This document shows, piece by piece, positions 41,579 through 64,000 of a stretch of 64,000 bases of DNA; the first letter of the stretch is position 1; each line of letters begins with the position of its first letter. Under the pieces are notes generated by a model. That model worked only from the letters and a program-made list of their open reading frames with translations. It did not search any database and was not told the origin of the DNA. This DNA is from the human T2T-CHM13v2.0 reference genome, Homo sapiens. The position numbers were made by a program, and so were the translations under genes. The stretch lies in NCBI RefSeq assembly GCF_009914755.1, contig NC_060933.1. One strand, written 5' to 3'.

Positions 41579-42823
41579 CCTTTTTGTTCAGCTGTTGAGA
41601 TGAGCATTTTCTCCTTTACTCTGTGTGGTAAATTACATTATAAAATCAATTAGTAGTAGACAGTCCTTGTATTCCTGAAATAAACATCATTATAGTGGAT
41701 TAAATTTGCTAAGAATTTAAGATAATTGCATTGATGTTCATAAATGATATTGGCCTGATGTATGGCTTTTTAGTTGCGGACCATACTTTGTATATAATGC
41801 TTTTATTTTTGTAGACTTTAAATATTCTTTATTTTTATCAAAAAAATTTATTTGACTTATGTATTACATTAAAGTTTGTCTTTTGAATTTCCAAAGTTTT
41901 TTTCCTTTGTTTGACAGAGTCTTGCTCTGTCTCCCACGCTGGATGGAGTAGAGTGGCCCAATCTTGGCTCACTGCAACCTCCACCTCCTGGGTTCAAGCA
42001 ATTCTTGTGCCTCAGCCTTCTGAGTAGCTGGGACCACAGGCATGCACCATCATGCCTGGCTAATTTTTTTGTATTTTTAGTAGAGACAGGATTTCACCAT
42101 GTTGGCCAAGCTGGTCTGGAACTCCTGACCTCAGGTGATCCGCCCACCTCGGCCTCCTAAAGTCCTAGAATTATAGGCATGAGCCACTGCGCCTGGCCCC
42201 CACAAAGTTTATTTTCTCTTAAATGCTAACTCCGTTGAATTGTGATCAGAACATTCTCTGTTACTACTTGTTGAGATTTGCTTTGAAGCCAAGTATATCG
42301 TCAGTTTTTGTAAATATTCTATGTGAAAGAGTTCCTAGAAATTGTCAAAAGACCAATAACTCTATAGAAAAATAGGCAAAGACTATGAAGACTTTTCACG
42401 GAAAATCAAATAAGCTTAAGCTTATTTAATGCTTAAGCACCTCACTCATTATAGGAGAAATGCCACATTAGTTCTTCATGTTGATACTGCTTTTTCACTT
42501 TTCAGATTGGCCAAAAAGAAAAAAAAAATTCAAAATGAAATGCTTAAATAGCATGCTATTTGAGGATGATGGGAAATAAGCAGTCTTTATGCATTCACTG
42601 CAGTTAGAAGTGAGATATATATGATGACAGCTTCTATGGAGGATATCTGGCAACATTTGTCAAAATTACAAATATATATACTACAGCAATTCCACTTCTA
42701 GGAATTGATCCTAACATTTTATTTTGTATGAAATCATGTTTGTTCAAAATAGAAAAAGAAAAATCCAGATGTCCCAGACTTGTTAAATGGCTCCTACAGT
42801 GGAATACTACTGTAGCGCTGTAA

Positions 42824-43039
<216 letters not shown>

Positions 43040-44129
43040 TAATTTTTGTATTTTTTGTAGAGATGGGGTTTCACCATGTTGGCCAGGCTGGTTTCAAATT
43101 GCTGGCCTCAAGTGATATGCCTATATCAGCCTCCCAAAGTGCTGGGATTAAAGGTGTGAGCCACCATGCCCGGCTACAAATTATTAAATGAAAAAAATCA
43201 AGGTGGTAATTGTGTATTGCAGTGTGCTGCTACTTGTGCAAAAGAAAAGGCAGGGAATAGTTGTATTTACTTGTATCTGCTAGTTTTGGAATAAAGACAC
43301 ATTAAAATATGCACAAGAAACTAGTGATTATGTATTATGGGGGTGAGGGAGCTGAGCAGACATGGAACAAGGGTGTGTGTATGTGTTTTAAGTTATTTTT
43401 GAGCTGTGTGATCATACTAAAGTTTTAAAACTCCCAGTGTGATGGTGGATTTGTCAATTGCATTTTATAGTTATTTGGACATTTGCTTTATGTACTTAAT
43501 TAAGGCTGTGTTATGAGGGACACTCAAGTTCAAAATGGTTCTGCAGTGAAATGAATACTTTTGTCTTGTAGCCACTTTAAAAAAAATCACTGATGCTCTT
43601 TTTGTTAGTTTGTGCTTTTCTTCTCATTAATACGTTATGTTAGATATATTATGTTTGGTATATCTTTTCCCATCCCTTTAATTTCAGATATTCTGTGCAT
43701 AGTATATAACTGGCATTAAAAATCCAATCTAACATTTGTCTTTTTATTGAAGAGTCCATTAATTTACATATATTGTTATATATTTGAACATTTCTGTCTT
43801 ATTTTGTCCTTTTTGTTCTGCTGTTATTCTTTTCTCTCTTTCAGATTGAATGAATTATTCTGTTTTTTTCCCATCTACTTACCTAAATGTTATATTATGT
43901 GTGTCTATAATTTCATATTTATGTTCCTTTAATGATTCCTCTTAATTTTTTAATATGGGTACTTAGAACTTAAAATTAATATTTTACTCTTTTTTTAAGC
44001 AGTAAAGTAGACTTTAAAATACTTTAATTGGCAATATCCTCTTACTCTAATTGGTACAAAAACAATGAATTTTACAATTGATGGCCCCTTAGATTAGATG
44101 AAATGTAGTTCATCTACCCACAGTAGCCC

Positions 44130-44260
44130 TGTATATTAGGTACATTATCAGTCCTCATTTTGCAGATCAGAAAATTGAGTAACAGACTAGTTGACTGATG
44201 TATACAAACTCACACAGATAGTAAACGTCAGGGCCAGATTACAAATGGATGTTAATCCAG
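44130..44260 (-). mobile_element. MIR
   Basis: cctcattttgcagatcagaaaattgag...cacacagatagtaa (MIR core). Confidence 0.7.
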
Positions 44261-44659
44261 ACGATAATGACAGTATTTTATTTGGGGGTGGGGTTAAAAG
44301 ATAGCACTAAAATATTAGACAGCGATTACATAAAATGAGAGAAGTTGATCAGAGTTAAACTTGACATGCCATCACTTTTAAGACACAGTTTCAAGAGACG
44401 TTAAAATATGTCTTTTAACAGTACCAGACACAAGGGAAGTGTTAGCTCTTTTATTAGACGTTTATCCTTACAGAGAGGATATTATGTTTGCTTCCATTCT
44501 GGTGGCATTAAGCCAGGGAGCACTTGAAGTTAGTTATTTTGACTTACAGTTTCTTGTGCCATGCCAGTAGCGTGCTGTCAAACTCATAACCCATTAGTTG
44601 GCAGGCATATAGTAATGAATTCTCAGGGGAGATCCCTCCCCTAATCAAAATCCAAGCTG

Positions 44660-45347
<688 letters not shown>

Positions 45348-45651
45348 CATTGACATATTTTGTTAAAATAAAAGATGTAAGTATGCAAAAAAAGATTCCA
45401 AAATGCAATGACTTGCTTAGAAAAAAAAACTGCATGTGAACTGCACTGAGTGCTAAAGAAAAATAATACAAAATAGAACCTGATTAAAAAATCATTTCAT
45501 TAATAAAGGTACAACCAGTGTTCCAGGTTGATCCTAAAGCTGGAATCTCTGCCCTTTTCATTATGCCATGCTACATTTAGAGAAACCTAAGCAATTCACT
45601 GACTTAGGTAAAGGGCTTACAACTGTAGCATTTTGGGTTAAAAAAAGAATC

Positions 45652-46700
<1,049 letters not shown>

Positions 46701-47189
46701 TTTGGTTTTTATTGTTTCATGATCATAGATTATATTGAATAATGGCGTTATGATTATTTTTAACTGTGAGGGCTGGATGAACTACATGTGCTTTTAATCC
46801 TTACTTAAATTCCAGTTCTTGTCTTTGGGCACACAGCATTTTTGAAGCCTACCAGTAGGTAGTTTGAAGTCTCATGTCAACTAGGTTTGACACTTAGAAT
46901 ATTATAATTCTAAAATGTAACTTTTGAATCTAGACTTCAGTGTTGTATTCCTAACTCCAACATTGAAAATATATGTTGGAAGGTTAGAATGAGATGGCTA
47001 AATTTGACAGAGGTCGATTGAATGAAAAGAGAACTTCCTTGAAATTCACTTATTCAAATTGTTTGCATCAGTTAAGACTGTAGTAAAAACATCTTTTCCA
47101 TTTTCTTGTTTTAGGTTGATGCAAGAATTTTGTCTAGTAAAAGCAGATTATGAATAACACATTTTATGAATTTTGTTCTGATTTAATAG

Positions 47190-47290
47190 ATCAGATGAAA
47201 AGAAGAACATGAACTGGAAGCAACTTCCCAAAAAGCCGTGCAAAAATCTACTTAGCACCTTAAAGAAATTGTATCCCCAGCTGTCTTCAG
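47190..47290 (+). CDS. DENND4C: DENND4C E11
   Basis: aatag|A TCA; [33 protein letters not shown]; G|gtaatg; 101 nt. Confidence 0.92.
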
Positions 47291-47393
47291 GTAATGTGAG
47301 GGAAAAGGAATATTATTAATGAAGGAATGTATACGAGAAAATTCTTCTTAAATTTAACATAATACCATTTTCTGTTTTTATTTCCTTTGTTAG

Positions 47394-47612
47394 TTCACCA
47401 AAAAACTCAAGAAGGCTCAGCGATTGACATGACTCCAATTGAAGCAGATTTCTCCTGGCAAAAGAAGATGACACAGCTTGAGATGGAAATTCAAGAGGCA
47501 TTTTTGCGCTTTATGGCGTCTATTTTAAAAGGATATAGAACATATCTCAGACCAATCACAGAGGCTCCTTCAAATAAAGCCACAGCTGCTGATTCATTGT
47601 TTGACCGACAGG
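47394..47612 (+). CDS. DENND4C: DENND4C E12 (dDENN)
   Basis: tgttag|TT CAC; VHQKTQEG...[20 protein letters not shown]...LFDRQ; G|gtgagt; 219 nt, symmetric phase 1-1. Confidence 0.95.
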
Positions 47613-47954
47613 GTGAGTAGCATTGAAAGTACAATTCCTTTTATTGAGGTGAAAAATATTTTATATTTGATGTTGCTGCCAAGAAATACTTATTGTATAA
47701 ATTATTACAAATTCACATTCAAATATAATGAACCTCCATGTATTTGTAACCTAGCTTTATGACTAGAATTTCTTGTAATTTTTATAGCCCATTTTTCTCC
47801 TGAGAAATCTGAAACTAGAGATATTTAATTATGAAAAGTCAAAGATGTTACCTATATTTACAATATCTTGTAGTCAGTTATTTTAGTAGAACATAACTGG
47901 AGATTTGCCTTCAGGTATTTCCTCAATTTTGCATAGTTCCTTGGATTTGTACAC

Positions 47955-49230
<1,276 letters not shown>

Positions 49231-49309
49231 ATATTCATGATAACAGCTATTATCATTCATGGTAATAACAAAATGGAAATAGCCTCAAGAGGAAAAGCAC
49301 AAGGTCTGC

Positions 49310-50296
49310 GGATTTGTTTGCTGGGGCTGCCATAACAAAGTACCACAGACTAGGTGGCTTAAACAACAGAAATTATTTTCTCGTGGTTTTGGAGGTTAAA
49401 CTGAGATCAAGGTAGTTAGCAGGTTTGATTTCTTCTGAAGCCTCTTCCCTTGGCTTGTAGATAGGTATTTTCTCCATGTGGTCTTCCTTCAGTGTTTGTT
49501 TTATGTCCAAATATCCTCTTCTTACAAGGCTACCAGTCTTACTGAACTAGGATCTACCCAATAATCCTCATTTTAGCATAATTACCTCTTTAAAGACCCT
49601 GTCTCCAAATAGTTACATTCCGAGGTACTAGGGGCTAGGAACTTAATATATAAATTTTGGGCCAGGTGCAGTGGCTTATGCCTGTAATCCCAGCACTTTG
49701 GGAGGCCAAGGCAGGCTGATCACCTGAGGTCAGGAGTTTGAGACCAGTCTGGCCAACATGGCAAAACCCTGTCTCTACTAAAAATACAAAAATTAGCCAG
49801 GCATGGTGGTGCATGCCTGTAATCCCAGCTACTCAGGAGGCTGAGGCAGGAGAATCGCTTCATCCCGCGAGGCAGAAGTTGCGGTGAGCCAAGATCACTG
49901 TACTCCAGCCTGGGCAACAAGAGTGAAACTTCATCTCAAAAAAAAAAATATATGTATATATATACACGTATATACACATATATGTATATATATATATACA
50001 CATTTATATATGTATATATATAAACATATGTATAAACATATATAGTATATATAAACATTTGTGTGTATATATATACACATATATACACACATATATATAC
50101 ATATATATACACATATATATATACTTATATATACACACATATATATACACATACATATATATATACATATATATATACACACATATATATATACATATAT
50201 ATATACACACATATATATATACATATATATATACACACATATATATATACATATATATATATAAATTTTGAGGGGGACACAGTTTCACTCATGACA
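49310..50296 (-). mobile_element. MLT1A/B-type ERVL-MaLR solo LTR split by plus Alu 49660-49949 and its microsatellite
   Basis: ggctgccataacaaagtaccacagact...ggcttaaacaacagaaatt...taaagaccctgtctccaaatag, resuming as ggggacacagtttcactcatgaca. Confidence 0.88.
49950..50262. repeat. About 310-bp (TA/CA)n microsatellite
   Basis: Direct reading; lies between the Alu A-tail and the right TSD. Confidence 0.97.
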
Positions 50297-50839
50297 GCAC
50301 ATTTGGGAAAAAAGATTAGATGGTACAATTTGACCAGAGTGATGAGCTTTAGAGGTGCTGTGGAAGATAAGGCTGAAAATAAGATTAGGCTCAGATTGTG
50401 GGTAATTATAAATGCCAGATGAAGAATATGGATTGTACGGAAGTGACATCACTAAAGGAATTTGAAAAGATACTTACTCAGTTTCTAGGCCCTAAAGTTT
50501 TATTGTAAACAGTCCAGCATTTGGTCTACTAGGGGACACAGACATTAGACAAGAAAAAAATGTAATACTAACTATCTTAATAAGTGTGTTTCGAAGGAAA
50601 GTATTGGTTACAGTGAGAGTGCTAGTTAGGTCAGAGAAATATTCCTTGAAGAAATAACAAGGAATATTAGTGTCCTAAGGTATCCTTTAGTGTGCTACTT
50701 TTAAGTTTGGGCCCAAAAAAAGCAATAGGAATTAACTAGGGATTTTGTATATGTGATTTTGGCTTAATTTATCCTTATGTTGTTATTTACCATTTCTTCT
50801 GCCACTTGTATTCCTGTAAACTTGTGGTAGGTTCAAGAG

Positions 50840-51415
<576 letters not shown>

Positions 51416-51779
51416 ATCTAGGGGCTTGGTTAAATTCAGGTTTAATTCTCTTGGCAAGAAGTGCCAAAATACGTGGTGCTCACTTCTTCCTATTGCATCA
51501 TCTTATGAGGCACATACATGTCTGGCTGTCCTACTTTTAGTGTTCCTAATAGGTTTAAAGTGTTGTTACCCTCACTCATTCATTGTAGTTCACCCATCAG
51601 CCTTTGACTTACTTGGTCTAGCAGCCTTTGCTGATCATTGCCTGGATCCACTAGAAGGAAAGAAAGCCTTTCATTATAACTTGTGGAGAATAATTTATTT
51701 CTATTTTATTTAAGCTTTTCTCTACTAATTAGTATCTAAAAGGGATGGCAGTCAGGACCACAGCATCAAAGAAAGAAAG

Positions 51780-54600
<2,821 letters not shown>

Positions 54601-54681
54601 GATTTAGATTTCAGTAAAGAGTTTGATAGAAGTATTTTTCGTGGTTTAATTAGGCAGAAGGAGCTATATATGCAGTTACCA

Positions 54682-55022
54682 CAGGTTGAGCTTCCCTAAT
54701 CTAAAAATCCAAAACCTGAGATGCTGCAGAATCTGAAACTTTCTGAGGGCTGACATTATGCCACAAGTGGAAAATTCTACACGTAAGTACTTAACACACA
54801 CTTTGTTTCATGCACAAGATCATTGAAAATATTGTATAACATTCCCTTCAGACTGTGTGTATAATGTATATGTGAAACATAAATGAATTTCCTGTTTACT
54901 TGGGTCTCATCCCCAAGATATGTGATTGTGCACATGCAAATATTTCAAAATCTTAAAAAAAAAAATCCGAAATCTGAAACACTTTTGGTCCCAAGCATTT
55001 CAGATAAGAGATACTCAACCTA
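54682..55022 (-). mobile_element. Tigger4b/MER46-like element
   Basis: TIRs caggttgagcttccctaatc / gataagagatactcaacct. Confidence 0.85.
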
Positions 55023-55081
55023 TAGAAGCTTCTTTTTAAATATGGATATATATATGTATATATAAAGAGAATGTAATATAG

Positions 55082-55333
<252 letters not shown>

Positions 55334-55529
55334 TAGAAAAAAAAGTTTGCCTTACCTGTGTAATTATCATTGTTATTGTTAGTCTAGAGTGATATAAGGA
55401 AAACAGAGTAGGGTTGTGTATGTGTGTGTATGTGTTACCGATTCTGGGCTGAATATATGAATAAAATTCTTTGTGGTTTCAAGTTTCTACCACATATAGC
55501 CAATTTTTCTATTCTTTATTCATTGATCC

Positions 55530-55815
55530 ATTGATTGAAACAGCATCTCATTCTGTTACCCAGGCTAGGGTGCAGTGGCATGATCATAGCTCATTGCAAC
55601 TTTGAACTTCTTGCCTGAAGTGATTTTACCACCTTAGCCTTCTGAGTAGCTGGGACTACAGGCATGTGCTACGCCCAGCTAGTTTTTTTAATTTTTGGTA
55701 GAGATGAGGTCTCACTGTATTGCCCAGGCTGGTCTCAAACTCCTGGGCTCAAGTGATCCTCCCGCCTTGGCCTCCCAAATCCTTGGGATTGCAGGATGAG
55801 CCGCCATGCCCAGCC
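55530..55815 (-). mobile_element. AluJ
   Basis: Diverged Alu consensus. Confidence 0.9.
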
Positions 55816-56737
55816 AGTAAATTTTCTCTTTAAATCTCACTTTCGTTTTACAACTATTGAGTTGTAAAACTAAGAACATTTTCTTGAGCCTTGTGAGTTT
55901 ATATTTTTTTAATTTAAATGAATAAGATTTAGTTTAAGATTTAGGTTTTTTAATTAAAAAATGTTTAGTTTTATGGGTAATAGAAGTTCTATGTTCTTTT
56001 GTTTTAATGTCTTTCCAGATTCTTTTGCCTAATATGTTTCTTTTGTTCTAATGGAGGGTGGAAATACGTTAAATTTTAAAGCTTTACCCACCCATCCTAA
56101 GGAAGTTAAAATTGATTCTTGACTTAGTTATAATTTTTCCTAACTTTTAATATAATTCTTATTTTTGCTAAGTAGATCTTGGGGCCAATTGTTTATGCAA
56201 ACTGTATATTATATAACATTTGAGATTGTATCCAAAAAAAGTTGAATATTATGACATTAATTTTTATGGCCCCCTCATGATTCATATGCCTTAGAAGATT
56301 TAAATAATTTTCTCCTATCAGTGTGATCCAAAATTCCAGGGATATAATTAAAACTATTCAACATTTTTGTTTATTTACAAAATTGATATTCCAGTATCTT
56401 CCAGTTATATGAGAAGTTTAATGTCAATCACTAATAAAGGGGCTTAATAATAATGAAATTTTTTATTTGAGAAGCCAGATAACCTTGTGATTGGTCATCT
56501 TTTGTCTTAAGGTTTACAAAACAACTAATCAAAATAGTTTTCTATCCTAATAGCCACAAGTAAAAAATTATGCTTTAGCCTAAGAGTATGTATTCAGCCT
56601 AAAAATATACTGTGCATGTTTTGTATCAGCTGGTACTGAAAAGGGGTAGTTTTTTTCTAAATCAGAATGTAAGATAAAAATGTCTATTAAATTCATAGTG
56701 GACATTTTCATTAAGAATCTGTTTTCTTTTTTTCTAG

Positions 56738-56773
56738 TTGTTTCCTGATAAAGGCACAGAGAAAACAGATAAG
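56738..56773 (+). CDS. DENND4C: DENND4C E14, 36-nt microexon
   Basis: ttctag|TTG; LFPDKGTEKTDK; AAG|gtatgt; symmetric phase 0-0. Confidence 0.88.
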
Positions 56774-56862
56774 GTATGTTTTTCTTAGATTTTAAGGGTT
56801 GAAATTTCAGAATTAGATCTTGTTTGTATGCAAATTAATTGGGGAAAAATAATTATTTTCAG

Positions 56863-56993
56863 GTTGATTTTGATTCAGCAGAAGATACCAGATTGATAGA
56901 ACTAGATGATTCACAGAAAAGTGAGCATACTGTATTTATAATGCCGCCAGAGCCACCTCCTGATGATGGAAAGGACCTGTCACCAAAGTACAG
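56863..56993 (+). CDS. DENND4C: DENND4C E15
   Basis: tttcag|GTT; [43 protein letters not shown]; AG|gtagta; 131 nt. Confidence 0.93.
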
Positions 56994-58829
56994 GTAGTAG
57001 GAAGTTTTAAAAGAGCTTAATGGCACAGCCTATCAGTTTCTTTTAATTTTTATTAGTAGATATGTATATTAGTCTTTTGTGAAACTCATTTTCAGTATTA
57101 GTTCAGTGAACTAATGTAGATAAATATTTTATGGAAATGCCACTAGGTGTTATAATTTAAGAATTGGATGGTATTGTCAGATGTTGATCATTGTTTACCT
57201 TAGTGTTTGTATTTTAATCTTTAAAAGTTTCAATTCTGAAGAAGAAAAATGATACTTTTATGAGGCTCCCTGCTCCCTTTGGGAGTTTCATTTTGAAACA
57301 AAGACTGTGAAATTCTTATGAATTAGTAATTTACCAAGAAAACTTAAGGTAGAGGGCCAGGAATTTATTCTTTATTAAGATAAAGGATAGGATTTGGATG
57401 TGACTCTTTTAAGAAATTAGAATGGATTTTGTAGTTTTTTTATTGCTATAAATTTAATAAACTTAGAAAATCAAACCAAAATGGAAAACTAATACATCAT
57501 TCTAGCACCAATACTTGTGTCTCTTAACAATTGTAGGTATGTATGTATCATGTGGATGTGTGTGTGTATGTATTGCATGTATGAGTTCATCAGGTAGATT
57601 CTCTTTGTAATCTATGTTTGCCTTTAGTGGTCTGAACATTTTCCCATGCCATTAAATATTTTTGTGCCTTATCATTTGTAATGACCACATTGTATGCATT
57701 TATTATGATTTATTTAACTAGCCTCATGGATTTGTTTGTAGTTCTTTGCTATCTATATCTTTGTTATTTTCTTAGGCTGCATTTCTAAAAGAATTTCTAA
57801 AATAGAAAGTAAAGTAAGTACATTCCCAAAATAGAGAATTAATGTATAATATCAAGAGGACTGGATCAGAATGAGGAATGTATCTGGGATTGAATGGCTT
57901 GATTAAATACTATTTTGATTTCATGTTAACTATAGAATTCTTTTCTGCTTTGGCTTAACTACAAGAAATTGGAATCCAGATATTGACAAACAAGATAAAA
58001 TCAGATATGGAAAGGCGCTATATTCTGGAAGAAAATTGGCCAAAAGAAATAAGTAGACAATTTCCAAGAAATCCAAAGTCAATAATATAAAAATATGTTA
58101 TGGTTTTTTGCATTCAAAGAAATGCAAACCAAAATGATGAATAGAAACCTTTGAGATTGAGAATAGGTTATGCTAGTAGTTAGAATGTATGTTTAAGTAT
58201 AATCTTTTTTGAAATAATTTGATATTAATTATAATAATTTTAATTCTTTTGATAAACATGGACCTAGCAAATTCTATTATTGGGTATTTGTCCTATGAAA
58301 TTAAGCAAAGGTATTCACAAAGATATACATATGAAAATATTTAATTGGAGAAATATAGAAACAGCCAACAACCTAATAATGTCCAGCAGTGAAAAACTGC
58401 TTAAATTGTGGTACATCCTTAAAATAAAAATTTTATGGATTTTTTTTATTTTAAATACCTATGCAAGGTAATTTTATGAAGAAAAACATAAAATTATGAA
58501 GTATACTAAAATTTTTTTAAACATAAATTATTGAATACATGGATTATCTTGAAAGAGTTATTTCTCCCTTTAAGTAAGATATCAGAGTTTTCTGTGTTTT
58601 AGAGATTGATTGAAAATAACAAATAGGGTGGGGAAGAGACAAAATTTTCATGAAGGTAGTCTCTGTATGTTATATCATTTAAAAATTTTGAAAAAGTACT
58701 TTTTCTATATAAGCATTTAAAATAATGTTGGATACTATTTGAAGTTTAGAAATATTTGCCTAAACGCTGGAATAATATGAAGAGTTGGTGTGTTTTAAAT
58801 CAGCAGTTCTATTTTTTTTTTTATTTTAG

Positions 58830-58962
58830 TTACAAATACTTTCCAAGACTGGACCTTAAGCTTTTTGACAGACCGCAGGAGTTGAAACTTTGTTTTAGTA
58901 GACACCCTACTGGGAATAGCATTACAAAGAGTCCACCTCTCATGGCTAAGAGAACTAAACAG
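58830..58962 (+). CDS. DENND4C: DENND4C E16
   Basis: ttttag|T TAC; [16 protein letters not shown]...MAKRTKQ; CAG|gtcaga; 133 nt. Confidence 0.94.
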
Positions 58963-59131
58963 GTCAGATATTCTTTATCTAATACATGTTCATTTAAGAT
59001 GTAAAATATGTATATGTGATATGCAGCTCATAGTTTAGAATGATCACCCACAACAACCATTTGAAGACTCACTTTGGTTGTTATTGAATTTAACTAGATT
59101 TCTTGCAAGCCTACTTAAAATATCAAGTCTG

Positions 59132-59831
<700 letters not shown>

Positions 59832-59834
59832 TTA

Positions 59835-60580
59835 GAAAACTTAATTAAAATATAATTCATATACCATACAGCATACCCACTTAAAGTGTATGATTTAGTG
59901 GCTTTTAGTATATTTACAGGTTTGTGCAACTACCACCACAATTAATTTTAGAATATTTTCATCAACCCCAAAAGAAAGTTTGCATCCTTTAGCCATTAAC
60001 CCCAATTCTCAATCCCCAGCAGCCCTAGGCAACCACAAGTCTGTTTTCTGTCTACAAATTTGTCTATTCTGAGCATTTCAAGAGTAGAACTGCATAATAT
60101 GTATTCTTTTGTGACTGGCATCTTTCATTTAGTGTAACATTTCAGGATTCATCCACGTAGCAGCATATATCAGTAATAATTTTTATTGCTGAATAATATT
60201 CCATTGTGTGGATATACCATATTTTATTTGTCTATTCATAGACATGTGGATACTTCCTACTTCTTGGCTATTATGAATATTGCAAATGAACATTTGTGTA
60301 TAAGTGTTAATATGGATGTATGTTTTTATTTCTTTGGGGTATATATCTAGGAGTAAATTGCTATGTCAGATGGTTACTCTGTGTTCAACCCTTTGAGGCA
60401 CTTCCAGGCTGTTTTCCAAAGTGGCTGCTCCACTTTACATTCCCACCAGTAGTGTATGAGGGTTCCAGTTTCACAACATATCCTTGTCAATTCTTGTTAT
60501 TGTTTGTCTTTTTGGTTATAACCATCTAGTGAGTAAGAAGTTGTATTTTAAATTTGCATTTCCCTAATGGCTAATGTAAA
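59835..60580 (-). mobile_element. L1MB-like 3' end
   Basis: ataattcatataccata...ttaaagtgta...ccctaggcaaccac...acattcccaccag. Confidence 0.88.
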
Positions 60581-61069
60581 TATACTTTATTCCAAGTATT
60601 ACAATCCAAAGGGAGTTAACTTAGGACAACCTAGACATCTTGCTTTACTACTATATGTGATTTAGGTATAAAGAACTAAGCTGTGGTTACGTATGAGTTA
60701 AAATTAAACATCCTTTATACATACACTGACATTTTGGGGATATTTAAAATGTGGAAAATTTCACAATGAAAATCTTAGTTCAGGTTTTACTAATTTATGG
60801 GATAGTCCCCTAAATCCTAGAGATATCCTGAGGTATTTCCTAATTTCATACAGTTCATATTTCTTTCAATGTTGTCTGAAGAGAATACTAAAGAATTTTT
60901 TTTTACTGTTACCAGCTAACAAAAGGCAAATTTCTAAAACGAGAAAATTTTGCTAACTCAGCCTCTAAATCTCATTTATAGCAGAATTTTTTTTTTCAGG
61001 CTAACTGGAAAAGAAAAGAACCATAGGATCTTAGAAAAACAAGGGCATGTATTTTTAAATATGTACTGA

Positions 61070-64000
<2,931 letters not shown>

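Overview
This is primate genomic DNA, most likely human, from inside the DENND4C gene (a DENN-domain GEF for Rab10), transcribed on the + strand. I reconstructed 16 consecutive coding exons, labelled E2-E17 on the assumption that one non-coding exon lies upstream of the window. They splice into one stop-free frame of 2460 nt (codons 1-820) covering MABP, uDENN, cDENN, dDENN and the start of a PPR-like region. The gene continues past the window, and I see no promoter or CpG island. The introns are mostly nested repeats: dozens of Alus, old L1/L2/MIR fragments, Tigger3, Tigger4, MER58, MER5, MER33 and an MLT1 LTR. They also hold a U13 snoRNA retrocopy and a short 28S rRNA retrocopy. Almost all other ORFs in the supplied track are Alu, L1 or microsatellite artefacts. 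I found no convincing new multi-gene system. The strongest lead is E3-E10: 1182 nt with phase-2 ends, between two long Alu-rich introns, which would back-splice into a circRNA with a stop-free, endlessly repeating ORF. Other leads are a GC-AG donor, several competing or unusual splice acceptors, the two RNA retrocopies, and template-switch and tandem-duplication scars. Repeat family names and boundaries come from recalled consensus sequences and are approximate.
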